DNA of 64,000 nucleotides from Dehalococcoidia bacterium. Lineage in GTDB: Bacteria > Chloroflexota > Dehalococcoidia > Lucifugimonadales > Australimonadaceae. The first letter of the stretch is position 1; every line of letters starts with the position of its first letter. Location: assembly GCA_034422595.1 (NCBI GenBank), contig DAOUJO010000017.1, forward strand, positions 2,303-66,302. The letters run 5' to 3'. The position numbers and the translations under genes were made by a program. Of this stretch, positions 52,769 to 62,196 are shown one piece after another. Below the pieces are notes generated by a model. That model was not told where the DNA came from, made no database searches, and saw nothing but the letters and a program-made list of their open reading frames with translations.

Positions 52769-55312
52769 TCACACGATGTTCACGGGGTCGACGTCCACGC
52801 GCCATGCGGACGGGATGCTGAGCTTGTCCAGCAGCAGGCGCGGCTCCGGTGCGCGGATGAGCAGTTGCCAGCGCCACGCGTTCCGGATGCGCGGCGGGTA
52901 GGTGGGCGCGGGACCGACGACGTCCACGCCGCGCATGTCCCACTCGTGCACCGTTCGCCGCAGGCGGCCGGCGAGCTGCTGGGCTTCGTTCTGTGCCGTG
53001 CGCCTGTCGGAGTGGCCGTCGTACAGCAGTCGGACGAGTCTGCTGAAAGGCGGGCTCCCCTGCGCACGGCGATGTTCCATCTCCGTGGAGTAGAACGCTT
53101 CATAGTCCTGCTCGGCGGCGGCCTGTATCGCGTAGTGGTCCGGCAGGTAGGTCTGGACGACCGCGTACCCCGCCCGCGGTCCTCTCCCCGCGCGCCCGGC
53201 CACCTGCGTGAGCAGCTGAAAGGTGCGCTCCGGCGCCCGGAAGTCCGGCATGTGGATGCCGATGTCCGCGAGTACCACACCCACGAGATCGACCGATGGA
53301 ACGTCCAGCCCCTTCGCAACCATCTGCGTACCGACGAGGACATCCGCTTCTCCCTCGGCGAACGAACGGAGCAGGCGCTCGTGTGCGCCCGTGGTGGACG
53401 CGGTATCGCTGTCCCAGCGCAGTACGCGGGCGTCCGGGGCGATGCGGCTCACCTCGTCGACCACCCGCTGGGTGCCCAATCCGAGATAGCGGATATGGAT
53501 GCTCCGGCACCGGGGGCAGTGCACTGGTTCCGCCCGCCCCCTGCCGCAATGGTGGCAGCGCAAGCGTCCAGCGCCTGCGGCGTCGAACGGACGATGGTAG
53601 GTGAGTGGCGTCGAGCACCGGTTGCAGCGCACGACGAACCCGCAACTGCGGCACGCGACGACGCTCGCGGCGCCACGGCGGTTCAGGAAGAGCACGGCCT
53701 GCCGTCCCGCTGCGAGGGTGTCCTGCAACCGCTCCTGCAGCAGCCGGCTGAAGATGCTGCGGTTCCCTTCCCGCAGTTCCGTCCGCATGTCCACCACATC
53801 GACCTCTGCGAGAGACGTGGGCGCGCCTGAGCGTTCGATCCGAGCGGGCATCGAGAGTTTGCCGATGAGACCCCGGGTTGCGCGCCATGCGGTCACTACG
53901 TCCGGCGTTGCGCTGCCGAGCACGACAACGGCGCCCGTGAGCGAGGCGAGTTGCTCCGCGGTCTCGCGGGCGTGGTAGTGGGGCTGGGCGTCGGACTGCT
54001 TGTACGTCCACTCGTGCTCCTCGTCGAGCACGATTAGCCCAAGGTCTTCCACCGGCGCGAACAGCGCGCTGCGCGGCCCGATGACGACACTGCGCTCGCC
54101 CCGAAAGATGCGCCACCACTCGTCCCGTTGCTGCGCGGGCGTGAGTCTGCTGTGCAGCACCCCGATCTGCTCCGGGAAACGCTCTTTGAACCGCTGGGTC
54201 ATCTGTGGGGTCAGTGCGACTTCAGGCACGAGTGCGATGGCCCGCTGACCCTTCGCGAGGCAGTGAGCGATGGCCTGCAGGTACACCTCTGTCTTGCCGC
54301 TGCCGGTTGCCCCGTGCAGCAGCCAGGTGCGCGGCGCCGCCGAGGGGTTGTCCATCGTGCGCTTGAGCGCGGCAAGCGCTCGCTGCTGGTCGGGGGTCGG
54401 CAGGAGCGGAGCATGGGGAGCCGTCTCCGGCGTGGGAGGCGCTGCCTGAAGCGTTGCCAGCCCCATCTCGATGACCCTGGCAACTGCTGCCCTGCCGTGA
54501 CGATTCCGGGCGTCCGCTGCGGCCAGCCCTGACGGAGAGCCCGCGAGTTCCCGCAAGAGTCCGGCACGGCGCGGCGCGCGCGACTGCCCGTCAGCCAGTT
54601 CACGGAGCGCAGAAGCGGAGGCTTCGGGGACGAGCCACGTCTTCCGGGGAGAGGACGGCTTGTGGTGAGGTTCGGCCCGTTTCTCGGAGGCTGCATCTGC
54701 CTCGACCAGCGCGCGGATGGCGTTCCGCACCCACGGACCGAGAGTCGCCGTCAGCGATGCGGTCCGATGAGCCCCCGGGTTCGCGCGGAGATACGCGAGG
54801 AGGCGCTGTGCCCCTTTCGGCAATCGCTCCTCGATACCGGGAGGCGGGGCGGCGACCGCTTGCACGTAGGTCTGGGCACTGCCGCGCATGCCCGGCGGCA
54901 GCATGGGAGCGAACGCATCGAATGCAGGCGCGCGGTAGTAGTCGGCGAGCCAACGCCCCAGTTCGATGCGCTCGGGTGTCAGGAGCGGCTGCTCCTCCAC
55001 CAGCGAAGCGATGGGACGCGTGTAGTCCACGTTCGGCGTTTCGCGCAGGCCGGTGATGACGCCGTTAAGCGTGCGAGGGCCGAACGGCACACGGACGAGA
55101 TGCCCGATCCGTAAACGCATCCGGGAAGGGACGGAGTAGGTGAACGTGTCGCCGGTCTTGCCGGTGCGCGCGTCTACCACCACTTCCGCGTAGCGGGGCT
55201 CGATGGTCTCCCCATGCGGAGGAGCGTTCGGTGCGGCGTCCGCCGTTGTGGTCACGTCGATACCTCGGCACGAGTCCGGTGACTGCACCAGCGTACCCGC
55301 TCGGCGCTGCAT
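52769..55312 (-). CDS. priA: primosomal protein N' (replication restart helicase PriA)
   Basis: Walker A GATGSGKTEVY, DEEH, a Cys-rich zinc-binding insertion (CRSCG...C.RC...L..H.....L.CH.CG) and a C-terminal helicase domain. The start is taken as ATG 55312; a GTG about 54 nt downstream is also possible. Confidence 0.9.
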   Translation of the reverse strand: MQRRAGTLVQSPDSCRGIDVTTTADAAPNAPPHGETIEPRYAEVVVDARTGKTGDTFTYSVPSRMRLRIGHLVRVPFGPRTLNGVITGLRETPNVDYTRPIASLVEEQPLLTPERIELGRWLADYYRAPAFDAFAPMLPPGMRGSAQTYVQAVAAPPPGIEERLPKGAQRLLAYLRANPGAHRTASLTATLGPWVRNAIRALVEADAASEKRAEPHHKPSSPRKTWLVPEASASALRELADGQSRAPRRAGLLRELAGSPSGLAAADARNRHGRAAVARVIEMGLATLQAAPPTPETAPHAPLLPTPDQQRALAALKRTMDNPSAAPRTWLLHGATGSGKTEVYLQAIAHCLAKGQRAIALVPEVALTPQMTQRFKERFPEQIGVLHSRLTPAQQRDEWWRIFRGERSVVIGPRSALFAPVEDLGLIVLDEEHEWTYKQSDAQPHYHARETAEQLASLTGAVVVLGSATPDVVTAWRATRGLIGKLSMPARIERSGAPTSLAEVDVVDMRTELREGNRSIFSRLLQERLQDTLAAGRQAVLFLNRRGAASVVACRSCGFVVRCNRCSTPLTYHRPFDAAGAGRLRCHHCGRGRAEPVHCPRCRSIHIRYLGLGTQRVVDEVSRIAPDARVLRWDSDTASTTGAHERLLRSFAEGEADVLVGTQMVAKGLDVPSVDLVGVVLADIGIHMPDFRAPERTFQLLTQVAGRAGRGPRAGYAVVQTYLPDHYAIQAAAEQDYEAFYSTEMEHRRAQGSPPFSRLVRLLYDGHSDRRTAQNEAQQLAGRLRRTVHEWDMRGVDVVGPAPTYPPRIRNAWRWQLLIRAPEPRLLLDKLSIPSAWRVDVDPVNIV

Positions 55313-55334
55313 CGCGTAAGCGCCGGGTGTCGCG

Positions 55335-56243
55335 CTACCTGCGCCGCCGCCGCGGGGTAGGGCGTCCGCCCCGGCGTGCCTGTGGTGCGGGAGGACTATC
55401 TTCCCCGCCTGGCTGTGGCTCCTCCTCAACGGGAGATCGCGCGTCCTGCTGTGCCTGCTGTTCGCGGAACTGCGCGCGCCGGAAGCGGATGAGCACGCCT
55501 GCCATACCCAGCTGGATAATCGTTTGCCCCAGCCAGAGCCCTGCCAGATTCGTGTATGACCCAACGCTCAACGAAGCGTTGAGCACGGGTTCGTGCCACC
55601 CGGCAAGCAGACCGTGTCCCAGTGTCAGGGCCACGATCCAGAGTCCGGTGGCCATAGCCGATTCGTCGGATGCTTCCACGAGCCTGCGGGCGAGCCAGAC
55701 CATCAGAGCCAGTTCGGCGACGGCGATCAAGGCGGCGGCCAACGTGAACAGGCTGGCGTTCGCCGTGACTGCCCCCTCTACCTCGAAGACAGGGAAACGC
55801 GCCGCTCGTGTGAAGACGAAGAACGACATGAACGCGATGGCGACCGGTGCGCCGTGGGCGGCTATCGCCGTCGTGATGCCAAGGACGATGAGGAAGATCA
55901 ACCCATAGGCGATGAGGAGTGCAAGCGCGGTGAGCTGCTCCTGCGCTCCGCCTGCGATGAGCCCCGTGGCAAGGAGCACGATCGCGCCCTGTCCGGCAGG
56001 GAGCCAGGTGATCATGGAGAGCGGCAGTCTCTTCCGGAGCGCGTAGGTGGAGGCGCCAACGGTGACGGCAAGCAGGACGAAACTCAGCGGCGTGAGCGTG
56101 CCCAACACACCGGGCAGGCCAAGCGCGCGCCACGGCCACTCTACGAGAGAGGACAGCAGCAGCAGCGCGTACGGAAAGCCGAGCGTGAGCAGCAGTTTGC
56201 GCCTGTCCGCCAGGCGCATCTCCGGCGCAGGCTGAGCCGTCAT
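55335..56243 (-). CDS. polytopic membrane protein of unknown function with Arg-rich C-terminal tail
   Basis: 302 aa with seven or more hydrophobic segments. The tail is ...PAPQARRGGRPTPRRRRR. It lies between jag and priA. I recognise no family. Confidence 0.55.
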   Translation of the reverse strand: MTAQPAPEMRLADRRKLLLTLGFPYALLLLSSLVEWPWRALGLPGVLGTLTPLSFVLLAVTVGASTYALRKRLPLSMITWLPAGQGAIVLLATGLIAGGAQEQLTALALLIAYGLIFLIVLGITTAIAAHGAPVAIAFMSFFVFTRAARFPVFEVEGAVTANASLFTLAAALIAVAELALMVWLARRLVEASDESAMATGLWIVALTLGHGLLAGWHEPVLNASLSVGSYTNLAGLWLGQTIIQLGMAGVLIRFRRAQFREQQAQQDARSPVEEEPQPGGEDSPPAPQARRGGRPTPRRRRR

Positions 56244-56249
56244 GGCGCG

Positions 56250-56948
56250 CTAGGAGCGGGAACGGCGGCGCCCGTCGCCGCGCCCTCCGCGGGACGGCCG
56301 GGGCGCCTCGCCGGTGGTGATGATGACGACACGGCGGTCCGCTCCCTCACCCTCGCTCTGGGTCTCAACGCCCTGATAGTCCGCGAGCGCGAAGTGGATC
56401 ACCCTGCGGTCCGCAGGCGACATCGGGTCTAGCTCGACCGACCTGCCGCTGGAGATGGCCCGCTGAGCCATGCGCCGCGCGAGGGTGGCGAGCTGCCGCG
56501 AGCGCCGCTCGCGGTACTGCTCGACGTCGAGCACGATACCCGTGGGGCGCCCTTCGCCTCTGCCGAGTGAGAGGTTGACGAGGAACTGGAAGGCCCGCAG
56601 GGTCTCGCCGCGGTGACCGATGAGGAGACCGGCGTCGCTGCCCTGGATGTCGATGATGGGCATCTCTTCGCCGCCGCCAGAGCTGCGTATGGTTGCCACA
56701 GCATCTACGTCCATCCAGTCGAGGAAGCGCTCCACGATGCCGAGCGCGACAGCGGCGGAACCATCGCCGTCGGTGATGCGCCGGACACGGACCCTAGCAT
56801 CCTCTGCGCCGATGCCGAGGATCCCGCTGCGCCCCTGGCTAATGACGTCGATTTCGATTTCGTCGCGACCGACGCCGAGCTCCAGCGTTGCGAGCTCGAT
56901 TGCCTCCTCTACTGTCTTCGCTGACCGGACGAGGCTCTGGTCCTCCAT
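56250..56948 (-). CDS. khpB: RNA-binding protein Jag/KhpB (Jag_N, KH and R3H domains)
   Basis: N-terminus KTVEEAIELATLELGV..DEIEIDV, a KH-like middle region, and a C-terminal R3H-type segment (MSPADRRVIHFAL). It sits downstream of yidC, as is usual. Confidence 0.85.
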   Translation of the reverse strand: MEDQSLVRSAKTVEEAIELATLELGVGRDEIEIDVISQGRSGILGIGAEDARVRVRRITDGDGSAAVALGIVERFLDWMDVDAVATIRSSGGGEEMPIIDIQGSDAGLLIGHRGETLRAFQFLVNLSLGRGEGRPTGIVLDVEQYRERRSRQLATLARRMAQRAISSGRSVELDPMSPADRRVIHFALADYQGVETQSEGEGADRRVVIITTGEAPRPSRGGRGDGRRRSRS

Positions 56949-57771
56949 CGCCTTCCTCCTTGTCCGGTATGGCGGCGCTCAGCGTGGGGCCGAGTTTCGG
57001 CGTTCCACTCCCGGCCTTCTCAGCCTGCGGGAAGAGGCCACCCCAACCGGTAACGAAATACTGCATCACGATGCCGATGAGCGTTGAGGCCACCCAGTAG
57101 ATGACGAGCCCGATGGGGAAGAAGAGGCTGAACATCCCGAACATCACCGGGAACATGAACAGCATCATCCGCTGAGTGCTCTGCTGGGCCGGGTCCGCCG
57201 AGGCGACCTGGCTCATCTTCTGTTGAACGAACATGCTGAGGCCGGAGAGCGCTACGAGGGTGTAGCCGAGGATGCTGCCGACGCGCATCGGCTCGAGCGC
57301 AAGGTCCATCCCCAGGAAGTTGCGGTCCACGGGCACTGCGGTGTCCAGGAACGGCAGCCAGCTGTACAGCTTCTCGGAGAGCCCAGCCAGGTTCTCCGGT
57401 GTGAACGGCAGGACGCCGTTGATCGCCCAGAAGAGGCCGATGAAGATGGGCATCTGAATCACCAGCGGGCCGAGGCAGCCCACGGGGTTGACGCCCATCT
57501 CCTTGTAGAGCTTCATCACTTCCTGGCCGCGCAGCTGGGGATTGTTCTTGTACTTCTCGTTGATCTCCTTGACGCGCGGCTGCAGCCCCTGGAGCTTCCG
57601 CGTCTGCCGCAGCTGCCGCACTACGAGCGGGTAGGTCAGCGCCCGAACGATGATGGTGAACGCGATGATGGAGAGCCCGAGGTTGGACCCCAGCCAGACG
57701 TAGAGCACGAGCAGGCTGTTGGTCATCGGCTTGGTGATGACCTCGTTCCACAGCAGTGTCAGCAGTTCCAT
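56839..57771 (-). CDS. yidC: membrane protein insertase YidC (short, Gram-positive type) with basic C-terminal tail
   Basis: IIAFTIIVR....PL...Q, GCLP.LIQMPIF and a conserved 5-TM core. The last ~36 codons overlap the jag start in another frame. Confidence 0.9.
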   Translation of the reverse strand: MELLTLLWNEVITKPMTNSLLVLYVWLGSNLGLSIIAFTIIVRALTYPLVVRQLRQTRKLQGLQPRVKEINEKYKNNPQLRGQEVMKLYKEMGVNPVGCLGPLVIQMPIFIGLFWAINGVLPFTPENLAGLSEKLYSWLPFLDTAVPVDRNFLGMDLALEPMRVGSILGYTLVALSGLSMFVQQKMSQVASADPAQQSTQRMMLFMFPVMFGMFSLFFPIGLVIYWVASTLIGIVMQYFVTGWGGLFPQAEKAGSGTPKLGPTLSAAIPDKEEGDGGPEPRPVSEDSRGGNRARNAGARRRSRRNRNRRH

Positions 57772-57782
57772 AGCTCAGCCGC

Positions 57783-58964
57783 CTACTTCACGTCGTTCAG
57801 GTTACGTTCCCAAGCCAGTTGCTTCGTATCCAGGTCTATCGCGGTGATCGTCTCGTCCAGCGAGTGCAGGAATACGATCCGTCCCTCAGCGGTGAGCGGC
57901 GCGCGCACGTCATTACCCACGCGGCGGTCCCATCGACGGCTCCCGCTCTGCGCGTCCAGCACTACCATAATGCCGGAGTCCGACGCGTACACCAGTTCAT
58001 CGCCCGACAGCACCGGGGACGCGAGCACCGGCTCGCCTTCGTCGTTGCCCGGATACGCCCAGACGACGCGCCCCGACTCACTGTTGTACGCGTAGATGTT
58101 GCCGTCCATGTTCGGGATGTACAGCACCCTCCCGTCTGTCACGGCGGCGCCCCAGAACCAGCTGTTCGCCTCGAACAGTTTCTCCGATGCGCCCGTGGCA
58201 AGGCTTATCCGGTAGAACCCGCGGTCGAACGCGCCCAGATAGAGGTACCCTCCGGTCAGCACAGGCGGCGCGACGACCGCCCCGTCCAACTGCGCAGGCT
58301 GGTCCCACACAGGGCGACAGTCTCCTATGGAGACGGCGTGCACCTGTTTGCTCTGGTCGCCGAAGTAGGCGATGCCGTTCTGGATGACCGGCGTGGTCCA
58401 TAGTTGCCCCACGGGCTCTTCATTCCGGGCCGGGTAGCGGCACTGCTCGATGAGGCTGGAGGCTTCAAGAACGTAGAGTCTGCCTTGCCCAGCGTCCTCC
58501 GCCGCCGCTACGACCAGCGAGCCGTTATGCGGGACGACTGAGCCCGCGATGCCTTTCGCGAGGTCGTTTCCATCGATCTCGAACGTGCGCGCGTCGCCGA
58601 AGCTGTCTGCGTCGAGCGAGAGCACGATACCGTTGTACGTCCCGGCGTAGACCCGTCCGTTGTCGACAACAGGCGTGCCGTACAGTGCGGGGAAGCCCTG
58701 TTCGCGGTCGGGCTGCGGGACCTGGTAGGGCGCAATCTGAGCGAGGCCGGCGTCCAGCGAGAGCTTGATGAGGCGTCCTTCGCGCGTGCCGACGTACGTC
58801 GAGTCACCCGAGACAGCCACGCCCGACCAGCTCTGCGTCGCCGCGTTCCTGCTCTGCGCGCACCCGGCCAGCAGGACGGCCAGAACGATGGCCACGAGCA
58901 GTATGAGCGCGGGAGAGAGCCCCGTGCGTCCGGGGTAGGCGCCGGTCTGGTTCAACCTGTGCAT
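57783..58964 (-). CDS. PQQ-like beta-propeller repeat lipoprotein (BamB-like fold)
   Basis: Lipobox LLAGC. Repeated ...G.VYAG/...G.LYAL.../W-containing blades (e.g. RVYAGTYNGIVLSLD, GRLYVLEA, IAYFGDQSKQVHAV, LYIPNMDGNIYAY, IVFLHSLDETITAIDL). Confidence 0.7.
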   Translation of the reverse strand: MHRLNQTGAYPGRTGLSPALILLVAIVLAVLLAGCAQSRNAATQSWSGVAVSGDSTYVGTREGRLIKLSLDAGLAQIAPYQVPQPDREQGFPALYGTPVVDNGRVYAGTYNGIVLSLDADSFGDARTFEIDGNDLAKGIAGSVVPHNGSLVVAAAEDAGQGRLYVLEASSLIEQCRYPARNEEPVGQLWTTPVIQNGIAYFGDQSKQVHAVSIGDCRPVWDQPAQLDGAVVAPPVLTGGYLYLGAFDRGFYRISLATGASEKLFEANSWFWGAAVTDGRVLYIPNMDGNIYAYNSESGRVVWAYPGNDEGEPVLASPVLSGDELVYASDSGIMVVLDAQSGSRRWDRRVGNDVRAPLTAEGRIVFLHSLDETITAIDLDTKQLAWERNLNDVK

Positions 58965-59016
58965 CCTTCTGGGAGCATCCGCCGGCGGCGAATGCTCCGG
59001 TGTAGCCGGAGGCGGC

Positions 59017-59271
59017 CTAAGCGAGGCCGGTTCCGGCGTTCTCGTTCACCTTGGTGTGCCGCGGAGGCACGGGGTCGTAGCCGCTGCCGCCCCACGGAGC
59101 GCAGCGGGCGAGCCGCCTGAGCGAGAGCCACGAGCCCTTCAGCGTGCCGTGCACGCAGAGCGCTTCCTGGGCGTAGTGGGAACACGTGGGCTCGTACCGG
59201 CACGACGACGGCCAGTAGGGCGACAGCACACGCTGGTACGCGGAGATCAACCCTATCGCCACTCTACGCAT
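59017..59271 (-). CDS. yidD: membrane protein insertion efficiency factor YidD
   Basis: LI..YQ...SP.....CR..PTCS.Y...A....G. ATG 59271 overlaps the rnpA stop by 8 nt. The track ORF extends to 59361. Confidence 0.85.
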   Translation of the reverse strand: MRRVAIGLISAYQRVLSPYWPSSCRYEPTCSHYAQEALCVHGTLKGSWLSLRRLARCAPWGGSGYDPVPPRHTKVNENAGTGLA

Positions 59272-59653
59272 CAGAACCCGCTTCCGTGTCCTGCCCGGCA
59301 TCCCCGGGCGCGAGCACGTGCAGCCTGCGCGCGAGTGATGCGGTCGCTCCCTGCAGCGCATCGAACGGAGCTTCCGCCGTGCTCTGCCGAGCGATGAGCA
59401 ACACGTCCCAGCCGTCCTGGAAACGCAGCGCCCGGACGGCCTCCCGCAGCCTGCGGCGCACCCGGTTGCGGGTAACGGACAGAGGTGCGGAGCGCTTGCT
59501 GACGACGAAACCGAAGCGGGCGTGGGGGAGAGAGTTCGGCATCGCCCGCATGACCAGCAGCGGATGTGCGCGCGAAGCGCCGTTCTCGCGCAAAGCCTGG
59601 AAATCGCGCTGGCGGCGAAGCCGCTGCGCGCGGTTGATACCCTGCCCCGTCAT
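59264..59653 (-). CDS. rnpA: ribonuclease P protein component
   Basis: RLRRQRDF..........RFGFVVSK....AV.RNR.RRRLRE is the RnpA signature. It lies downstream of rpmH. Confidence 0.85.
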   Translation of the reverse strand: MTGQGINRAQRLRRQRDFQALRENGASRAHPLLVMRAMPNSLPHARFGFVVSKRSAPLSVTRNRVRRRLREAVRALRFQDGWDVLLIARQSTAEAPFDALQGATASLARRLHVLAPGDAGQDTEAGSDA

Positions 59654-59680
59654 GGGGAGACGAATCTCGCAAGGCGGTCC

Positions 59681-59818
59681 TTAGACTGCGAGACGGTGGC
59701 GACCCTTCAGGCGTCGTGCGCTCAGCACCCTGCGGCCGCCCGGCGTGTGCATGCGCGCCATGAACCCGTGACGCCGCTGGCGGCGCCGCTTCTTCGGTTG
59801 CCATGTACGCTTGGGCAC
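59681..59818 (-). CDS. rpmH: 50S ribosomal protein L34
   Basis: Not in the ORF track. Hand translation from GTG 59818: [45 protein letters not shown] (45 aa). It matches the L34 pattern KRT.QP......R.HGFR.RM.T..GR.VL..RR.KGR..L and sits in the canonical position upstream of rnpA. Confidence 0.85.
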   Translation of the reverse strand: MPKRTWQPKKRRRQRRHGFMARMHTPGGRRVLSARRLKGRHRLAV

Positions 59819-59861
59819 GTCTCTGCGCTCTCTGAGGTTCGGGCGTTATGCCCGAGGAGGG

Positions 59862-59891
59862 AGTATAGCCGCAGCGCCCTCCGAGTGTCAA
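59862..59891 (-). promoter_or_regulatory. promoter TTGACA-N18-TATACT for rpmH-rnpA
   Basis: The minus strand reads cttTGACActcggagggcgctgcggcTATACTccc, about 44 nt upstream of the rpmH GTG. Confidence 0.5.
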
Positions 59892-60013
59892 AGATGGCGG
59901 GAGTGGTCCCATTTGCTTATCATGCCCGCGCGGCGGGGATCCGAGAGTGGCGCGAACATGCTTCTCCGCCGGGCGCAGGACACCTGCGCCTATACCTACG
60001 AGGAGGCATCGCG

Positions 60014-61183
60014 ATGACGACGGTAGACCCTGACGCCGATATCCTGCGAGCAGTCGAACCCGACCCGGATACGCTCGAACAGCTGGTGCTGGACGACCCG
60101 TACCGCGCCTGGCTTGCGCGGGAGGGAGTGAAGGTCATCGATGAGTATGCGTTCGAGGACCTTGCGAAAGTCGAGCTCGGGCCCTGGGAGCGGAAGGGCG
60201 GCCTGGGCGCGGCGCTCAACATCCCGTACCCCGTACTCATCAACGACGCCCAGCTCGTCGAGATCAGGCCCGGTGGGTCTTCGGAGCCGGAGCACCACCT
60301 CTACGAGGAGATCGTCTACATCGTCAGCGGGCGCGGCGCGACAAGCGTCTGGGTCGGCGACGGCCCGAAGCGGACGTTCGAGTGGAAGCAGGGAAGCCTC
60401 TTCGCCATCCCGCTCAACGCCTGGTACCAGATCTTCAACGGCAGCGGCACGGAGCCCGCGCGCTACCTCTCCGTCACCACCGCCCCGCCGACGATGCGCC
60501 TGTTCAGAGACGACGACTTCATCTTCAACAACGACTTCGTCTTCTCGAAGCGGTTCAAAGGCGAGGACGACTTCTTCAGCGGCAACGGCACGCTGTACAA
60601 GGGGCGCGTCTGGGACGCCAGCTTCATCCCGAACGTGCCGGACATGCCGCTCTACTCGTGGGTGGAGCGCGGGGCGGGCGGCATCAACGCGCTGTTCGAG
60701 ATGGCCGGCAACGCGATGAAGGGCCACGTCTCCGAGTTTCCGGTCGGGACGTACAAGAAGGGGCACCGCCACGGGCCGGGCGCGCACCTGCTCATCCTCA
60801 GCGGAGATGCGGGCTACTCGCTCCTCTGGCACGAGGAGGACATGTCCGACATGGTGAAGGCGGACTGGCAGTTCGGCTCGATGGTCGTGGTGCCGAGCGA
60901 CGCCTGCTACCACCAGCACTTCAACACCGGCACGCGGCGGGCGCGCTACATGGCTCTCGGCTACGGCTCCGGCGGCACTGCGGCAGGACTGCACACGCCG
61001 TTCGCGGGCTCCGGCCTGGGCGACGTCAGCCAGAAGCAGGGCGGTATGCAGGTGGAGTACGAGGACGAGAACCCGCTGGTGCTCGACCTGTTCGAGGAGG
61101 AGTGCCTGAAGCGCGGCGCGAGGCCGGACATGCGGCGCTACTTCCCCGGCAGGACGGAGTTCAAGGCGAAGCTGCCGGAGTAA
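60014..61183 (+). CDS. bicupin protein (gentisate 1,2-dioxygenase-like fold)
   Basis: ATG 60014 is preceded by AGGAGG (60001-60006). There are two cupin modules (GGSSEPEHHLYEEIVYIVSGRG and GTYKKGHRHGPGAHLLILSG...HQHFN). The track ORF starts far upstream, at 59522. Confidence 0.65.
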   Translation: MTTVDPDADILRAVEPDPDTLEQLVLDDPYRAWLAREGVKVIDEYAFEDLAKVELGPWERKGGLGAALNIPYPVLINDAQLVEIRPGGSSEPEHHLYEEIVYIVSGRGATSVWVGDGPKRTFEWKQGSLFAIPLNAWYQIFNGSGTEPARYLSVTTAPPTMRLFRDDDFIFNNDFVFSKRFKGEDDFFSGNGTLYKGRVWDASFIPNVPDMPLYSWVERGAGGINALFEMAGNAMKGHVSEFPVGTYKKGHRHGPGAHLLILSGDAGYSLLWHEEDMSDMVKADWQFGSMVVVPSDACYHQHFNTGTRRARYMALGYGSGGTAAGLHTPFAGSGLGDVSQKQGGMQVEYEDENPLVLDLFEEECLKRGARPDMRRYFPGRTEFKAKLPE

Positions 61184-61212
61184 GCGCGACGGAAGCCGAA
61201 TGACGGGACGCA

Positions 61213-61241
61213 GGACAGGCGGGCGAGCAGCCCGCCTGTCC
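61213..61241. terminator. bidirectional terminator hairpin between convergent genes
   Basis: GGACAGGCGGGC-gagca-GCCCGCCTGTCC is a 12-bp perfect stem, followed by TcTgTcTgc on the + strand. Confidence 0.6.
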
Positions 61242-61249
61242 TCTGTCTG

Positions 61250-61675
61250 CTACTGAGAGAGCTCCTCCAGCGGCGTCTCCGGCATCCCCTTGCTCCAGGT
61301 CGGGTCGCGGAGCTCGAGCCGGTTGCCGGTGGGGTCGAAGAAGTAGAGCTCGCGGCCGGTGAAGTGGCCCTGCGCGCGGTAGACGAGGCTGTCCACCTTC
61401 ACGTTCTTCTCGCGGAAGAGCTTGCACGCCTGCTCCAGCACTTCCGGTGTGACAGTGAAGGAGTGGTGGACGCCCGGCGGCGAGCCGTCGACCGGCGTCT
61501 TCTGCTCGCAGAGCAGGATGTTGGTGTCGCCGGTGCTGAAGCACGACATCGTGTTGTTGCCGAGCCGCCCCTTGTGTTCGAGGCCCAGCAGGCCGCCGTA
61601 GAACTCCTCCGATTCATCGAGGTTGTTCACAGGGATCGACCAGTGGGTCATACCTTGCACGCCAAGTCCTGCCAT
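61250..61675 (-). CDS. VOC (glyoxalase/bleomycin resistance/dioxygenase) family protein
   Basis: 141 aa. HWSIPVNNLDESEEFYGGLLGLE...HHSFTV...YFFDPTGNRLEL. SD GAGAGGAGGAG. Confidence 0.7.
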   Translation of the reverse strand: MAGLGVQGMTHWSIPVNNLDESEEFYGGLLGLEHKGRLGNNTMSCFSTGDTNILLCEQKTPVDGSPPGVHHSFTVTPEVLEQACKLFREKNVKVDSLVYRAQGHFTGRELYFFDPTGNRLELRDPTWSKGMPETPLEELSQ

Positions 61676-61705
61676 GGTTCTCCTCCTCTCGCCGTGTGCT
61701 GCATC

Positions 61706-62194
61706 CTACGCGCTTTCGACGCGGTAGTCGCCGTGCGTGCCGCCGGTCTTCTCCACGAGCCGCACGCCCTCGATGGTCATCCCGCGGTCGACGGCCTTGC
61801 ACATGTCGTAGATCGTGAGCGCGGCGACGGAGACGGCGGTGAGCGCCTCCATCTCGACGCCAGTCTTCGCGGTCGTGCGCGCCTGCGCCGTGATGCGGAC
61901 GCGGGCAACGTCCGCGCCCGGCTCCGGCTGGAAGTCGACCGAGACGTGGCTGAGCGGGACTTGGTGCGCGAGCGGGATGAGCTCCCACGTGTGCTTCGCG
62001 GCGTTGATGCCCGCGATGCGCGCTACGGTGAAGACGTCGCCCTTCTCCGCGCGGCCCTCCACGATGAGCGACAGCGTCTCAGGTTGCATCGCGACCGCGC
62101 CAGCTGCTATCGCCGTGCGCGCCGAGTCCGGCTTGTCGCCGACGTCCACCATTCGGGCGTTGCCGTGGGGGTCGATGTGCGTGAGTTCAGTCAT
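61706..62194 (-). CDS. moaC: cyclic pyranopterin monophosphate synthase MoaC
   Basis: LTHID..G.ARMVDV..K..T.R.A.A, LIPL.H and [22 protein letters not shown] verified at 62194. Confidence 0.92.
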   Translation of the reverse strand: MTELTHIDPHGNARMVDVGDKPDSARTAIAAGAVAMQPETLSLIVEGRAEKGDVFTVARIAGINAAKHTWELIPLAHQVPLSHVSVDFQPEPGADVARVRITAQARTTAKTGVEMEALTAVSVAALTIYDMCKAVDRGMTIEGVRLVEKTGGTHGDYRVESA

Positions 62195-62196
62195 GC

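Noticed and set aside
59271-59912. 213-aa ORF on the minus strand spanning rnpA and the rpmH region
   Set aside because: It is in a different frame from the recognisable RnpA and L34 sequences, has a Pro/Arg/Ala-rich composition, and is a high-GC artefact. The real genes are rnpA (59264..59653) and rpmH (59681..59818, GTG start).
59819-60013. Expected dnaA gene or oriC with DnaA boxes next to rpmH
   Set aside because: The spacer is only 195 bp and contains a good rpmH promoter and the SD of a divergent bicupin gene. I could find no TTATCCACA-like boxes or AT-rich unwinding element, so no origin is called.
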